Under the pieces are notes generated by a model. The model was not told the origin of the DNA, did not search any database, and saw only the letters and a list, made by a program, of their open reading frames with translations. This document shows, in pieces, positions 7,765 through 15,266 of a stretch of DNA of 32,000 bases. This stretch comes from an uncultured Acidobacteriota bacterium (GTDB lineage Bacteria > Acidobacteriota > Blastocatellia > Pyrinomonadales > Pyrinomonadaceae): the NCBI GenBank assembly GCA_963705225.1, contig OY970060.1:636501-668500 (forward strand), read 5' to 3'. The translations under genes and the position numbers were made by a program. How positions within the stretch are numbered: the first letter of the stretch is position 1; each line of letters opens with the position of its first letter.

Positions 7765-8397
7765 ATGAAGAGAACCAAAATAGACAACCGCTTTTTTGAG
7801 AGTACCCGGGGAAAGATCGTGCTTCTTTTGCGCATTTCCGACCGGACGGTGGATGATCTGTCGAAAGAAACGGGTGTCACGGACAATGCCGTCCGCGCCA
7901 GTCTGCTCTCGCTCGAACGCGACGGGCTGGTTTTTCAAAACGGATCGGTAAAAGGCCATCGAAAGCCGCATTTTATTTATGCTCTGACCCGCGAAGCCGA
8001 AAGCTTGTTTCCGAAGCCCTTCGATGCCCTGTTCACGAATACCGTGGGGGTTTTGAAGAATAGCTTTTCGTCAAAAAAAGTCGAGCAGATCCTGCGGCAG
8101 ATAGGAGTTCAGATCGGCGGAAAATATTCGGCCGGCGCCGGCAGGTCGGGCAGGTCTGTTGGGGCTCGCCTGGAAACGGCGGTCAGGGCGTTAAACGATC
8201 TCGGCGGAACGGCAGCTGTTTCACAAAATGGAAAGACCGTGATTCGCGGAAAAAATTGTCCGCTGGCGGCGGCGGTCGTCACCCATCCCGAGGTCTGCAA
8301 ACTGGCGGAATCCCTGGTAAGCGAGATCGTCCATTCCAAGGTCACCGAAGTTTGCGACCGCACCGGCGCGCCAAAATGCCGGTTCGAGATAGGATAA
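7765..8397 (+). CDS. ArsR-family (COG2345-like) winged-helix transcriptional regulator
   Basis: This is a 210-aa ORF. The N-terminal wHTH region is TRGKIVLLLRISDRTVDDLSKETGVTDNAVRASLLSLERDGLV. The C-terminal domain is Cys-containing (CPLAAAVVTHPEVCKLAESL...VCDRTGAPKCRFEI), as in the predicted ArsR-type regulators of COG2345. Confidence 0.75.
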   Translation: MKRTKIDNRFFESTRGKIVLLLRISDRTVDDLSKETGVTDNAVRASLLSLERDGLVFQNGSVKGHRKPHFIYALTREAESLFPKPFDALFTNTVGVLKNSFSSKKVEQILRQIGVQIGGKYSAGAGRSGRSVGARLETAVRALNDLGGTAAVSQNGKTVIRGKNCPLAAAVVTHPEVCKLAESLVSEIVHSKVTEVCDRTGAPKCRFEIG

Positions 8398-8400
8398 GTT

Positions 8401-8452
8401 TTGAGTCCCGCTTTCAGGCGGCTTCTTCGTTAAGTTCGAACTTTAACCCGCC
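8401..8452. repeat. REP-C element
   Basis: The sequence ttgagtcccgctttcaggcggcttcttcgttaagttcgaactttaacccgcc follows the regulator stop codon directly. It mirrors the layout at 3829-3882. Confidence 0.75.
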
Positions 8453-8540
8453 TGGCGCATTTCGTGTGATTCCTGATCAGCTCATGGTCAGCTCTTAAAA
8501 AGTAAATGAGTCCAAATAGTGATCCTGTCGATTTTTTTTC

Positions 8541-8568
8541 TTGACGAATGAGAAATCTCTTGTATCAT
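8541..8568 (+). promoter_or_regulatory. Sigma70-like promoter candidate for the 744-aa gene
   Basis: TTGACG (8541-8546) is followed by a 16-nt spacer and TATCAT (8563-8568). This is followed by AGGAG (8618-8622), 5 nt before the ATG at 8628. Confidence 0.4.
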
Positions 8569-8627
8569 TTCCGGGTAAGTATTAAATCCTAATTCCCATA
8601 TTCTTTGTTAAATGCCAGGAGTCCCAT

Positions 8628-10862
8628 ATGCCTAAGAAAGTTAGAATGGAAGGCAGGTACGTCACAGCACAAGATGTTTCGGACCGTCTGATGCCTGATC
8701 TGGATGTCAATGAGGTCTTGTTATGGCCTCCCGATCTTTTTGCCTATACCAGTTACTTAATGACCAAGACCTCGGCTTACCAACTGGTGGTTTCGCCGCC
8801 CACGGGTAAATCATGGCCTCCGAAAACGAAAGAATTGCGGGAGTGGTTGTTTACCGATCCTCCAACGCCAATGAAGGCCGAGTCGAAATGGGACTACTGG
8901 GCTAAATACGGATTAAAAGAATGGAGTTCAGACAACAAGTTCCCGGTTGAGAAAAAAATCGGCGAAATAAAGAATCGGATTTCCTGCAGCGGCGAGTGGA
9001 AGAATTGGGTTCAAAAAGTGGGAAGCAAATGGCGCCGCGCACTCGGAAAGCTAAAGGAAGAAGATTTTCAGGTGATCGATTTAAATAGCTCTGAAAACCT
9101 AAAACGGGATACGCGCGGGCGAAAGAAAATTAAAGACTTGCTTAGAGAGCGCCACGGGAAATTATTGGAAATAGTTTTTAAAGCCACCCCACCCGAAGTA
9201 CTGGCTTGCTGGGCGTTTTTTTATCGAGAGGTTATGCGAAAGAATTTTCACAACAATTCCCGGCTGCGCATTTCGGAATTGTTGTGTAATCAGGATGAGA
9301 TTCAAACAAATGCCGCTCATTGTGAAAGACTCTGGAAAGTGTCACAAGTGCTTTTAACCATGCACGCGATCTCCGACACGGCCAGTGTAAGATTTGATAT
9401 CACCGATTCCGATTCTGAAAACGACCTTGCCACGAAATTTGCCCGGGAACTATTGTTCGGGCGGGATAAAGGCTTTTTCACGGATACAAAATTCAATTCC
9501 GGAGGAAGTTTTTCGACCTTTCATACCGATCGGGTCCGGGTCCTGCCTAAACGGCATAATCCCAACGTAGGCATAACACTGCGCTCGATCTCGAGCAATT
9601 TGGCGTTTAATCAATCCTCAGTCGATGTGGTTTGGCGAAAAACCGTCGATAACCCCCTGGGCAATAGACTTATGCCGCCAAAAACGATTAAAAAAGAAGA
9701 CAAGGAAAACTTTGGAAAAGGTATAAAAATGTCGATGCTGATACTTCCTTTTCCATTAATTGTAAAAACGAATGATTTCCGAATAGATTCTGAAAGTAAA
9801 AATGTCAAAATGAATGATGATTACGGTTTTTTCACTTATGATCCGGATCATACTTTTCAGGAACGACACAAAGAAATCGCTTCAAGTCGCGAAGTCCTGA
9901 AGGCTTTGAAATTGATCAGAAGAGCTAATGAGGAACTTGCCGGCGAAGCGCAAACCGACATGGTTATTTTTCCGGAAGCCGCGCTGAGCGTCACTCAATT
10001 CAACGGCCTGCAGACGGCGCTTCTTAATCCGTTGAATAGTTTTGAGAAATTGAAGGGTGTCTACACCACGCCGCCCAGCATAATCGTTGCCGGAGTAAGA
10101 GAATCCCGGGATGATCTAAAAAAAGAACGAGAAAAAGTAAATCAAGACACGGAAGTAACCTTTCCCCGTAACGCGGTATACTGTCAATACTACGACGCAA
10201 AAAAACATTCATACTTTGTCGAGGCCGATCCCAAAGATAACGACACTCCGACGAACATAAATAAATCGTATAGAACGCCCAAGTTCAAACAATATAAACA
10301 TCATCGCTGGCAGTTGAACGAACGCCAGGTCAAACGTTACGGATTGACCAGCGTATTGGATCCTAAAAAAATATGGTGGGAATCCATCAAAATACCTAAA
10401 CGCAGGGTAAGTTTTCTCAACGTGGGGAAAGTTATCACGATCTCGCATTTGATCTGCGAAGATCTTGCCCGTCTCGATCCTATTTCTGAGCTGATCAGGC
10501 ATGTGGGGCCTACCCTGGTGATCGCAATACTAATGGACGGTCCGCAGGTGAGAAGCCGTTGGTCTGCCCGGTACGCGACGGTTCTGGCGGATGACCCCGG
10601 TTCCTCAGTTATTACTTTAACTTCAATAGGAATGGTCAACCGCGATCATTCGCCTTACGGCTCTTTGTCCCGGGTTGTCGCCTTATGGAATGAAAGCCAT
10701 AGCACGGAGACGCGGGAAATAGAACTCGCGCCGGGGGCGGAGGCGGTCCTGCTTAACCTGGAGATTGACAAACGTTCCGAAAGAACGGCCGACGGGAGAA
10801 AAGAAACAGCGCCGACCGCGATACTTAAGTTGGTCGATGTAATACAAATTTACCCTGACTAA
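8628..10862 (+). CDS. Large orphan protein: novel N-terminal half plus C-terminal nitrilase-superfamily (CN-hydrolase)-like domain
   Basis: This is a 744-aa ORF with a good SD. The C-terminal ~370 aa carry, in the canonical order, MVIFPEAAL (Glu450, nt 9975-9977), QYKHHRWQL (Lys557, nt 10296-10298) and ISHLICEDLARL (Cys610, nt 10455-10457). These are followed by GPTLVIAILMDGP...RYATVLADDPGSSVITLTSIGMV, which resembles the terminal strands of the CN-hydrolase fold. The Glu-to-Lys and Lys-to-Cys spacings are longer than I recall for canonical nitrilases, which suggests insertions. I could not assign aa 1-370. Confidence 0.7.
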   Translation: MPKKVRMEGRYVTAQDVSDRLMPDLDVNEVLLWPPDLFAYTSYLMTKTSAYQLVVSPPTGKSWPPKTKELREWLFTDPPTPMKAESKWDYWAKYGLKEWSSDNKFPVEKKIGEIKNRISCSGEWKNWVQKVGSKWRRALGKLKEEDFQVIDLNSSENLKRDTRGRKKIKDLLRERHGKLLEIVFKATPPEVLACWAFFYREVMRKNFHNNSRLRISELLCNQDEIQTNAAHCERLWKVSQVLLTMHAISDTASVRFDITDSDSENDLATKFARELLFGRDKGFFTDTKFNSGGSFSTFHTDRVRVLPKRHNPNVGITLRSISSNLAFNQSSVDVVWRKTVDNPLGNRLMPPKTIKKEDKENFGKGIKMSMLILPFPLIVKTNDFRIDSESKNVKMNDDYGFFTYDPDHTFQERHKEIASSREVLKALKLIRRANEELAGEAQTDMVIFPEAALSVTQFNGLQTALLNPLNSFEKLKGVYTTPPSIIVAGVRESRDDLKKEREKVNQDTEVTFPRNAVYCQYYDAKKHSYFVEADPKDNDTPTNINKSYRTPKFKQYKHHRWQLNERQVKRYGLTSVLDPKKIWWESIKIPKRRVSFLNVGKVITISHLICEDLARLDPISELIRHVGPTLVIAILMDGPQVRSRWSARYATVLADDPGSSVITLTSIGMVNRDHSPYGSLSRVVALWNESHSTETREIELAPGAEAVLLNLEIDKRSERTADGRKETAPTAILKLVDVIQIYPD

Positions 10863-10892
10863 GACCGTCCGGGTATCTCACGTAAATTTCCG

Positions 10893-10915
10893 CCTTAGCC
10901 TTTTCAAGGCTAAGG
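10893..10915. terminator. Hairpin between convergent genes (possible bidirectional terminator)
   Basis: The hairpin is ccttagcc-ttttcaa-ggctaagg (8-bp stem). It is nested inside an outer cgtccgg/ccggacg pair (10866-10872 and 10918-10924). The U-tract is weak. Confidence 0.35.
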
Positions 10916-10955
10916 TTCCGGACGTTCATCATTATGTCGATACCCGCGCCCCGGC

Positions 10956-11648
10956 TTACCGCGAAAATTCCGCGACGGTCTTGGGAAATTCCTGTAACTC
11001 TTCCGGGGCGGCGGACCACGGCGTGACGGAATCGATCAGCAAACCTTTAGCGGATTTTTTATAGATCGAAGTGTTCATGTCGTTGTCCTGCGAGATGATC
11101 GCGCCTTTGAGCGAGACCCCGGCGAACAGCCCCTGCGTGCGCGAGTAGGTCAAAATTCCCGCGTCGAGCGTGGCATTGGTCGAAGCAGCCGCCGCGCGTC
11201 CGACCGGGCCGGCGGCAACGCTGGCTTCCCCGCCCATTTCAAATTTGTCTTCGAGCAGCCCCTTCAAACCCGAATCGTTTCTGACCACCAAAATATAGTC
11301 GATCTTCTGCCCGCCGATCTGCGCTCCAAAACTCGCCCCGGTAATATTTAAAAACGCCGGCGCCGACCAGGTTCCGTCGGCCAGTTTGCGCACGACCACG
11401 CCCTTGCCGCCCTGTCCGCCGAAGATGAACGCGCCCTTCAGCACGCCGGGAAACACGACCACAGCCCAGGCATTTTTTAAGATTTCGCGCGGGATCGCCC
11501 TGTCGTCGATCCGCATCACTTCGCGCATCACTTCCGAAGCGCTATTAACCCGCGCCTGAGCTTTCGTTAATTCGGATCTCTGCGCAAAAACGCTAACACC
11601 CGTGACTGCCACAACTAACATCAACAAAAATAATTTCGATAATTTCAT
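10956..11648 (-). CDS. SYLF (Ysc84/DUF500) domain lipid-binding protein, secreted
   Basis: The signal peptide is MKLSKLFLLMLVVAVTGVSVFA. SYLF-type blocks are GGKGVVVRKLADGTWSAPAFLNITGASFGAQIGG and FEMGGEASVAAGPVGRAA...LTYSRTQGLFAGVSLKGA. I prefer the ATG at 11648 because GGAG lies 7 nt upstream. The track ORF begins at 11678. Confidence 0.8.
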   Translation of the reverse strand: MKLSKLFLLMLVVAVTGVSVFAQRSELTKAQARVNSASEVMREVMRIDDRAIPREILKNAWAVVVFPGVLKGAFIFGGQGGKGVVVRKLADGTWSAPAFLNITGASFGAQIGGQKIDYILVVRNDSGLKGLLEDKFEMGGEASVAAGPVGRAAAASTNATLDAGILTYSRTQGLFAGVSLKGAIISQDNDMNTSIYKKSAKGLLIDSVTPWSAAPEELQEFPKTVAEFSR

Positions 11649-11721
11649 GGTAAAACTCCTTGATACAAATTCGAACACAATTTGCTTTCAGGATTAATTA
11701 TACAATTCGCGTGCCACTGAT

Positions 11722-11911
11722 GGGTAATTGGGGATTGGGGATTGGAGAATGGTGATGGGTGATTGGTAATTGGTAATAGGTAATAGGTTGTGGGTTCGGA
11801 TTTGTTCGTGTCGTTTCGTGTATTTTCGTGGTTAATCCTTAAGGCCTTTTCTTAATGGCTATAAAAGTTGAAACCACACATGAAAAACCTATTACCAATT
11901 ACCTATTACCC
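11722..11911. repeat. Low-complexity GGTAATTGG-type tract plus REP-F, closed by an inverted arm
   Basis: The tract gggtaattggggattggggattgg...ggtaattggtaataggtaatagg spans 11722-11789. Its arm is inverted as cctattaccaattacctattaccc (11888-11911). Between them, ggttcggatttgttcgtgtcgtttcgtg (from 11793) is the reverse complement of cacgaatgacacgagcaaatccgaacc at 16457-16483. A related ggtaattggtaat tract lies at 13162-13198. Confidence 0.75.
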
Positions 11912-11921
11912 GTCTCAAGTA

Positions 11922-12368
11922 CTAGTGATTGCGGTCGTAATCGATGCCGCGCTGGGCTTCGTCGATCGCGTCGTTGACCAGTTTTAGAGCGGCGGCGCGA
12001 TGCCCGCCTTTATCGGCGGTGGCTTTTTCCAGATTTTCCCGCGCGCTTTTCAGCCAGTCCTTGGCCTTGACCATGTTCGGCTGATCGGAAGCGAAAAACT
12101 CGTTCTCGTCGAAATCGCTTTCATGATTTCGGTCGTATTCGATACCGGCGTTGATCTCGGCGATCGCGCGATTCGTCAGCGAGATCGCGTTGGCTTTGTG
12201 GCCGCCCTTATCCGCCGAAGCGCGGCGGAAAAACCCGAGCGCTTTATTACAGTCGTTGCGCGCCGCCGTCATAAACGGCTGGTCCGCGCCAACCGGCAGC
12301 GTCAGGACGGCGACGCTAAAGACCACCGCCGACACCGCAAAAATACCAAGTAGTTTTTTTCTCATCAA
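11922..12368 (-). CDS. Secreted hypothetical protein with an internal two-fold repeat
   Basis: The 148-aa ORF has a signal peptide. It contains two copies of an ~45-aa module: ADKGGHKANAISLTNRAIAEINAGIEYDRNH and ADKGGHRAAALKLVNDAIDEAQRGIDYDRNH. Confidence 0.7.
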   Translation of the reverse strand: MMRKKLLGIFAVSAVVFSVAVLTLPVGADQPFMTAARNDCNKALGFFRRASADKGGHKANAISLTNRAIAEINAGIEYDRNHESDFDENEFFASDQPNMVKAKDWLKSARENLEKATADKGGHRAAALKLVNDAIDEAQRGIDYDRNH

Positions 12369-12384
12369 TCTTCTCCTCTGTGTT

Positions 12385-13149
12385 TTAATGGACGATCTTA
12401 AATTCTACTTCTCTTGAAACCTTAGGATTTCCGCCCGCATTTTTTAACATCACCAGGTAATTTCCCGTTTGCGGCAGCGCTAAAATACTCATCACATCCA
12501 GCACCTCGCTCGTTTTGCCGGAATCGGCCTCGCCGGGATTTTCTATCTCGTAGTACAGATTTTTATCCGGCAGGTACACGGAAATGCCGCAGCCGTAAGC
12601 CACGATCTCCAGCGCCTGGCCTTTGCGCGCGCTTAGCGAAAAAACTTTCTGCTCGTCGCTGCCGGTAAAAGTAAGATTCATTTTCGAGGAATTTGCGCCC
12701 CTGGCAAATGAGACCGGTTTCGCCGACGCCGCCAGTTTAGCATAGCTCGGCGCGCATGATTCGTAATCGGCAAAACTCAACTGGTATTTACCGGTTTCGT
12801 AATTTTTGCCGTACACCCTGACCTTTAATATTTCCTCGGCGCCTTTTTTCCCGAGCGTCCAGACACCGCCCTTCATTTCCGAAGGCGAAATATCCGGCCA
12901 TTTGCCGCCCGCGAATTTTACCGTCAGCGTATTTCCCGCCGCCGTTCCGGTGAAATCATAATTCGCATCTCCGGCATCACCCGAAACGATGAATGTGCCG
13001 GAAACCTTCGCGCCCGCGATCTTGAAAACTACCCGGTGGCTCTGCTGCAGCCACTCGCTTTTGAAACACTTGTCACCCGACTGCGCGGCGGCCGGCAGCA
13101 GCGTGCCCGACAGCAAGATGGCGGCAATTATCGGAAATAATTTTTTCAT
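12385..13149 (-). CDS. Secreted hypothetical protein
   Basis: The 254-aa ORF has the signal peptide MKKLFPIIAAILLSGTLLPAAAQ and a beta-rich composition. I recognise no family. Confidence 0.7.
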   Translation of the reverse strand: MKKLFPIIAAILLSGTLLPAAAQSGDKCFKSEWLQQSHRVVFKIAGAKVSGTFIVSGDAGDANYDFTGTAAGNTLTVKFAGGKWPDISPSEMKGGVWTLGKKGAEEILKVRVYGKNYETGKYQLSFADYESCAPSYAKLAASAKPVSFARGANSSKMNLTFTGSDEQKVFSLSARKGQALEIVAYGCGISVYLPDKNLYYEIENPGEADSGKTSEVLDVMSILALPQTGNYLVMLKNAGGNPKVSREVEFKIVH

Positions 13150-13210
13150 TGATTTAATGTGCGTAATACGTGATACGTAATTGGTAATTGGTAATACGTT
13201 TTAGCGTGTC

Positions 13211-13325
13211 TTTCCTACTTTCCTCTTCCTGATTTCCCGATTTCCTATCTTTCCTGATTTCCTGATTTCCTCGTTTCCTAATTTCCTTCTTCCCTATCTT
13301 TCCTCATTTCCTCTCTCCCCCTCCT
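13211..13325. repeat. Degenerate 8-nt periodic polypyrimidine tract (TTTCCTNN)n, about 12 copies
   Basis: TTTCC (or TTCCC) starts fall at 13211, 13219, 13233, 13241, 13250, 13258, 13266, 13274, 13282, 13290, 13299 and 13307, so the spacing is mostly 8 nt. The tract overlaps the last codons of CDS 13294..13740 (tail ...GKEGERGNEER). Confidence 0.8.
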
Positions 13326-13740
13326 TCCCCGTTTCTCGTCTTAGCCAGAAATAGAGGATCGGCATCAGCAATATTTCGACTAAAAATGAGCCGATCAATT
13401 CCGGGCCGAACAGCACATCCGGGCGGTTCATCGTCAGCCGGGCCAGGCCGCCCATAAAGATCAGAAAAAAGACCAGGTTCAGGGCCATGTGATATTTGTG
13501 CGGCCTGGTTCCGGCGACCACCAAAAAGAGCCCGATCGCCAGGTAAAGCCCGCCGAAAAATCTGACGTGGCTGTCCTGCACCAAAAAGCCGTGCTCGTCG
13601 ATGATCTCTAAAAATCTGGTCTGCCCCTGCAGCCCCAGCGTCAGCATTCCGCCGAATCCGACATTGATGCCGATCAGGACGTTTACTATTCCCAGCAGCA
13701 CGAGAACGCCTCTCAAAACCCATGAACTGATATTTTCCAT
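13294..13740 (-). CDS. Small integral membrane protein (hypothetical)
   Basis: The 148-aa ORF has four hydrophobic segments. I prefer it over the overlapping Arg-rich frame 13304..13822. Confidence 0.65.
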   Translation of the reverse strand: MENISSWVLRGVLVLLGIVNVLIGINVGFGGMLTLGLQGQTRFLEIIDEHGFLVQDSHVRFFGGLYLAIGLFLVVAGTRPHKYHMALNLVFFLIFMGGLARLTMNRPDVLFGPELIGSFLVEILLMPILYFWLRRETGKEGERGNEER

Positions 13741-13757
13741 TTTGCTTTATCCTTATT

Positions 13758-13955
13758 TTAAGTCCGGTCGTTCGGAGCCTCGGTTGCCGGTTCCGGTTCT
13801 TCCCGATCTTCGTCGTCGTCATCCGGCCTGTAGACTTCGTACCCGGTAGAATCGTCGTAATAGTAATCGCGGTTTTCGATATCGTGCGACCAGTTTGCCT
13901 CGTCGCTTTTTGCGGGAACCGCCGCTTCTTTTACTTTATCGTCCGTTTTTTCCAT
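13758..13955 (-). CDS. Small acidic hypothetical protein
   Basis: The 65-aa ORF is Asp/Glu-rich (YYYDDSTGYEVYRPDDDDEDREEPEP). It ends 17 nt upstream of the next minus-strand gene. Confidence 0.4.
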   Translation of the reverse strand: MEKTDDKVKEAAVPAKSDEANWSHDIENRDYYYDDSTGYEVYRPDDDDEDREEPEPATEAPNDRT

Positions 13956-14068
13956 ATAAGCCCGGTGAATAAAAAACCGGTCGAATAAATTTCCCGGCTT
14001 TCGCGGGGTAGAAAATAGCCTTACAATCTTTCTACTGAGTTTATCTTAATTTTTTCTGGGGAGCATAT

Positions 14069-14926
14069 ATGAAAAGCAATTCATTACTCTTGAATTCCAC
14101 GCTGATCCTGGTCACGGCGGTTTCCACTTATTTTGTCGCGCCGCTGGTCAGCGGCACGGCGACCGCCCAGCAGGCTGCGGCGCAGCAGGCCAAAATAGAT
14201 AATGAGTACCAGGTCGGCGCGGTGCTTTATATGCAGAAAGCGGCGGAGTATCGCGCTTTAACTTACCAGGCGTTCAACTGGGCGAAGGTAACGCTCGACG
14301 CCGACGAAAAAACGAAAAAGAAACTGCCCAAAATTGAAAGAAAGAAAACGCGAGCGGTGGTGGTGGACATCGACGAAACCGTGCTGGATAATTCTCCCGC
14401 GCAGGCGCTCGATATCAGGAATCGGGCCGCTTTTTCTTCGGCCGGCTGGTACGCCTGGGGCGATCTGCGTAAGGCGAAAGCAATTCCCGGCTCGGTCGAT
14501 TTTCTCAATTACGCGATCTCGAAAGGCGTCAAAGTTTTCTTTGTTTCCAATCGCGACGAAGCGCAAAAAGCCGCCACCATGGACAACCTGAAAAACGTCG
14601 GGTTCCAGGGCGTAACGGCCGAAACCGTGCTGCTGCGCCAAAACGGCATTTCGACCAAGACGCCTCGGCGCGACGCCATCGCCAAAGATCACCGCATCGT
14701 GATCCTGATGGGCGACAATCTGGACGATATGTCCGATGTCTTCGAAAAAAGATCCGTCGCCGACCGGTTTGCCGAAACCGACAAAGTGCGCTCTCTCTGG
14801 GGCGGCAAATACATCGTCCTGCCAAACGCAATGTACGGCACCTGGGAAAACGCGATCTACGATCACCAGCGCCTGACCAATGCGCAAAAAGCGGAAAAAC
14901 GTGCAAATTCACTTGAAACGCCGTAA
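14069..14926 (+). CDS. Class C acid phosphatase / 5'-nucleotidase, e(P4)-like HAD family
   Basis: The N-terminus is signal-like. The HAD motifs are AVVVDIDETVLDNSP (DDDD-type motif I), FFVSNRDE and LMGDNLDDM. The upstream block AVLYMQKAAEYRALTYQAFNWAK is typical of the e(P4) family. Confidence 0.85.
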   Translation: MKSNSLLLNSTLILVTAVSTYFVAPLVSGTATAQQAAAQQAKIDNEYQVGAVLYMQKAAEYRALTYQAFNWAKVTLDADEKTKKKLPKIERKKTRAVVVDIDETVLDNSPAQALDIRNRAAFSSAGWYAWGDLRKAKAIPGSVDFLNYAISKGVKVFFVSNRDEAQKAATMDNLKNVGFQGVTAETVLLRQNGISTKTPRRDAIAKDHRIVILMGDNLDDMSDVFEKRSVADRFAETDKVRSLWGGKYIVLPNAMYGTWENAIYDHQRLTNAQKAEKRANSLETP

Positions 14927-14929
14927 AAT

Positions 14930-15136
14930 ATGCCTATGAGAAGCACTCTTGAAGAAAAACTTTTAAATCCGCGGCCCGGCAGTAAAGTCGCCGCCGCGAA
15001 AGAATTCGGGATCGACCTTACTCTACTCTTGGGAAACCTGCGGCTTACTCCGCAAGAAAGAATAGATCAGCTGCAGGAAGTGATGCGAGCTCATCATCAC
15101 ATTCGCGAACAGGCTAAATTGCGATTAAAAAAATAA
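14930..15136 (+). CDS. Small hypothetical protein
   Basis: The 68-aa ORF starts 4 nt after the phosphatase stop. Its sequence is ...AAAKEFGIDLTLLLGNLRLTPQERIDQLQEVM..., and I cannot securely recognise a family. Confidence 0.45.
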   Translation: MPMRSTLEEKLLNPRPGSKVAAAKEFGIDLTLLLGNLRLTPQERIDQLQEVMRAHHHIREQAKLRLKK

Positions 15137-15266
15137 AAACACTTAGTAAATTATGGTGGAAATCGAACCTGCCGGAATTGGAAGCCCTGCTCGAGTTAAA
15201 GAACGAAGGCGAAATTTAACTGTATTTGGACTAGCCGATCGATTTTAGTACCCTCCACTAAATCTT

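Noticed and set aside
4065-10862. Treating the NACHT gene and the 744-aa gene as one operon or a proven two-gene system.
   Set aside because: A convergent or divergent gene pair with its own regulatory palindrome separates them. Each has its own upstream region. I see no shared domain or repeat linking the two proteins. I report only proximity and similar composition.
13304-13822. 172-aa ORF overlapping 13294..13740 and 13758..13955 in another frame.
   Set aside because: It is extremely Arg/Gly/Pro-rich with no hydrophobic core. The alternative frame gives a coherent four-helix membrane protein.
15138-15222. Possible truncated toxin or nucleotidyltransferase partner downstream of the 68-aa ORF. 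One frame reads ...NLPELEALLELKNEGEI*, and another reads MVEIEPAGIGSPARVKERRRNLTVFGLADRF*.
   Set aside because: It spans only about 20-30 codons. The frame with the suggestive sequence has no start codon. My recollection of a similar N-terminus in nucleotidyltransferase-like proteins is too vague to support a toxin-antitoxin call.
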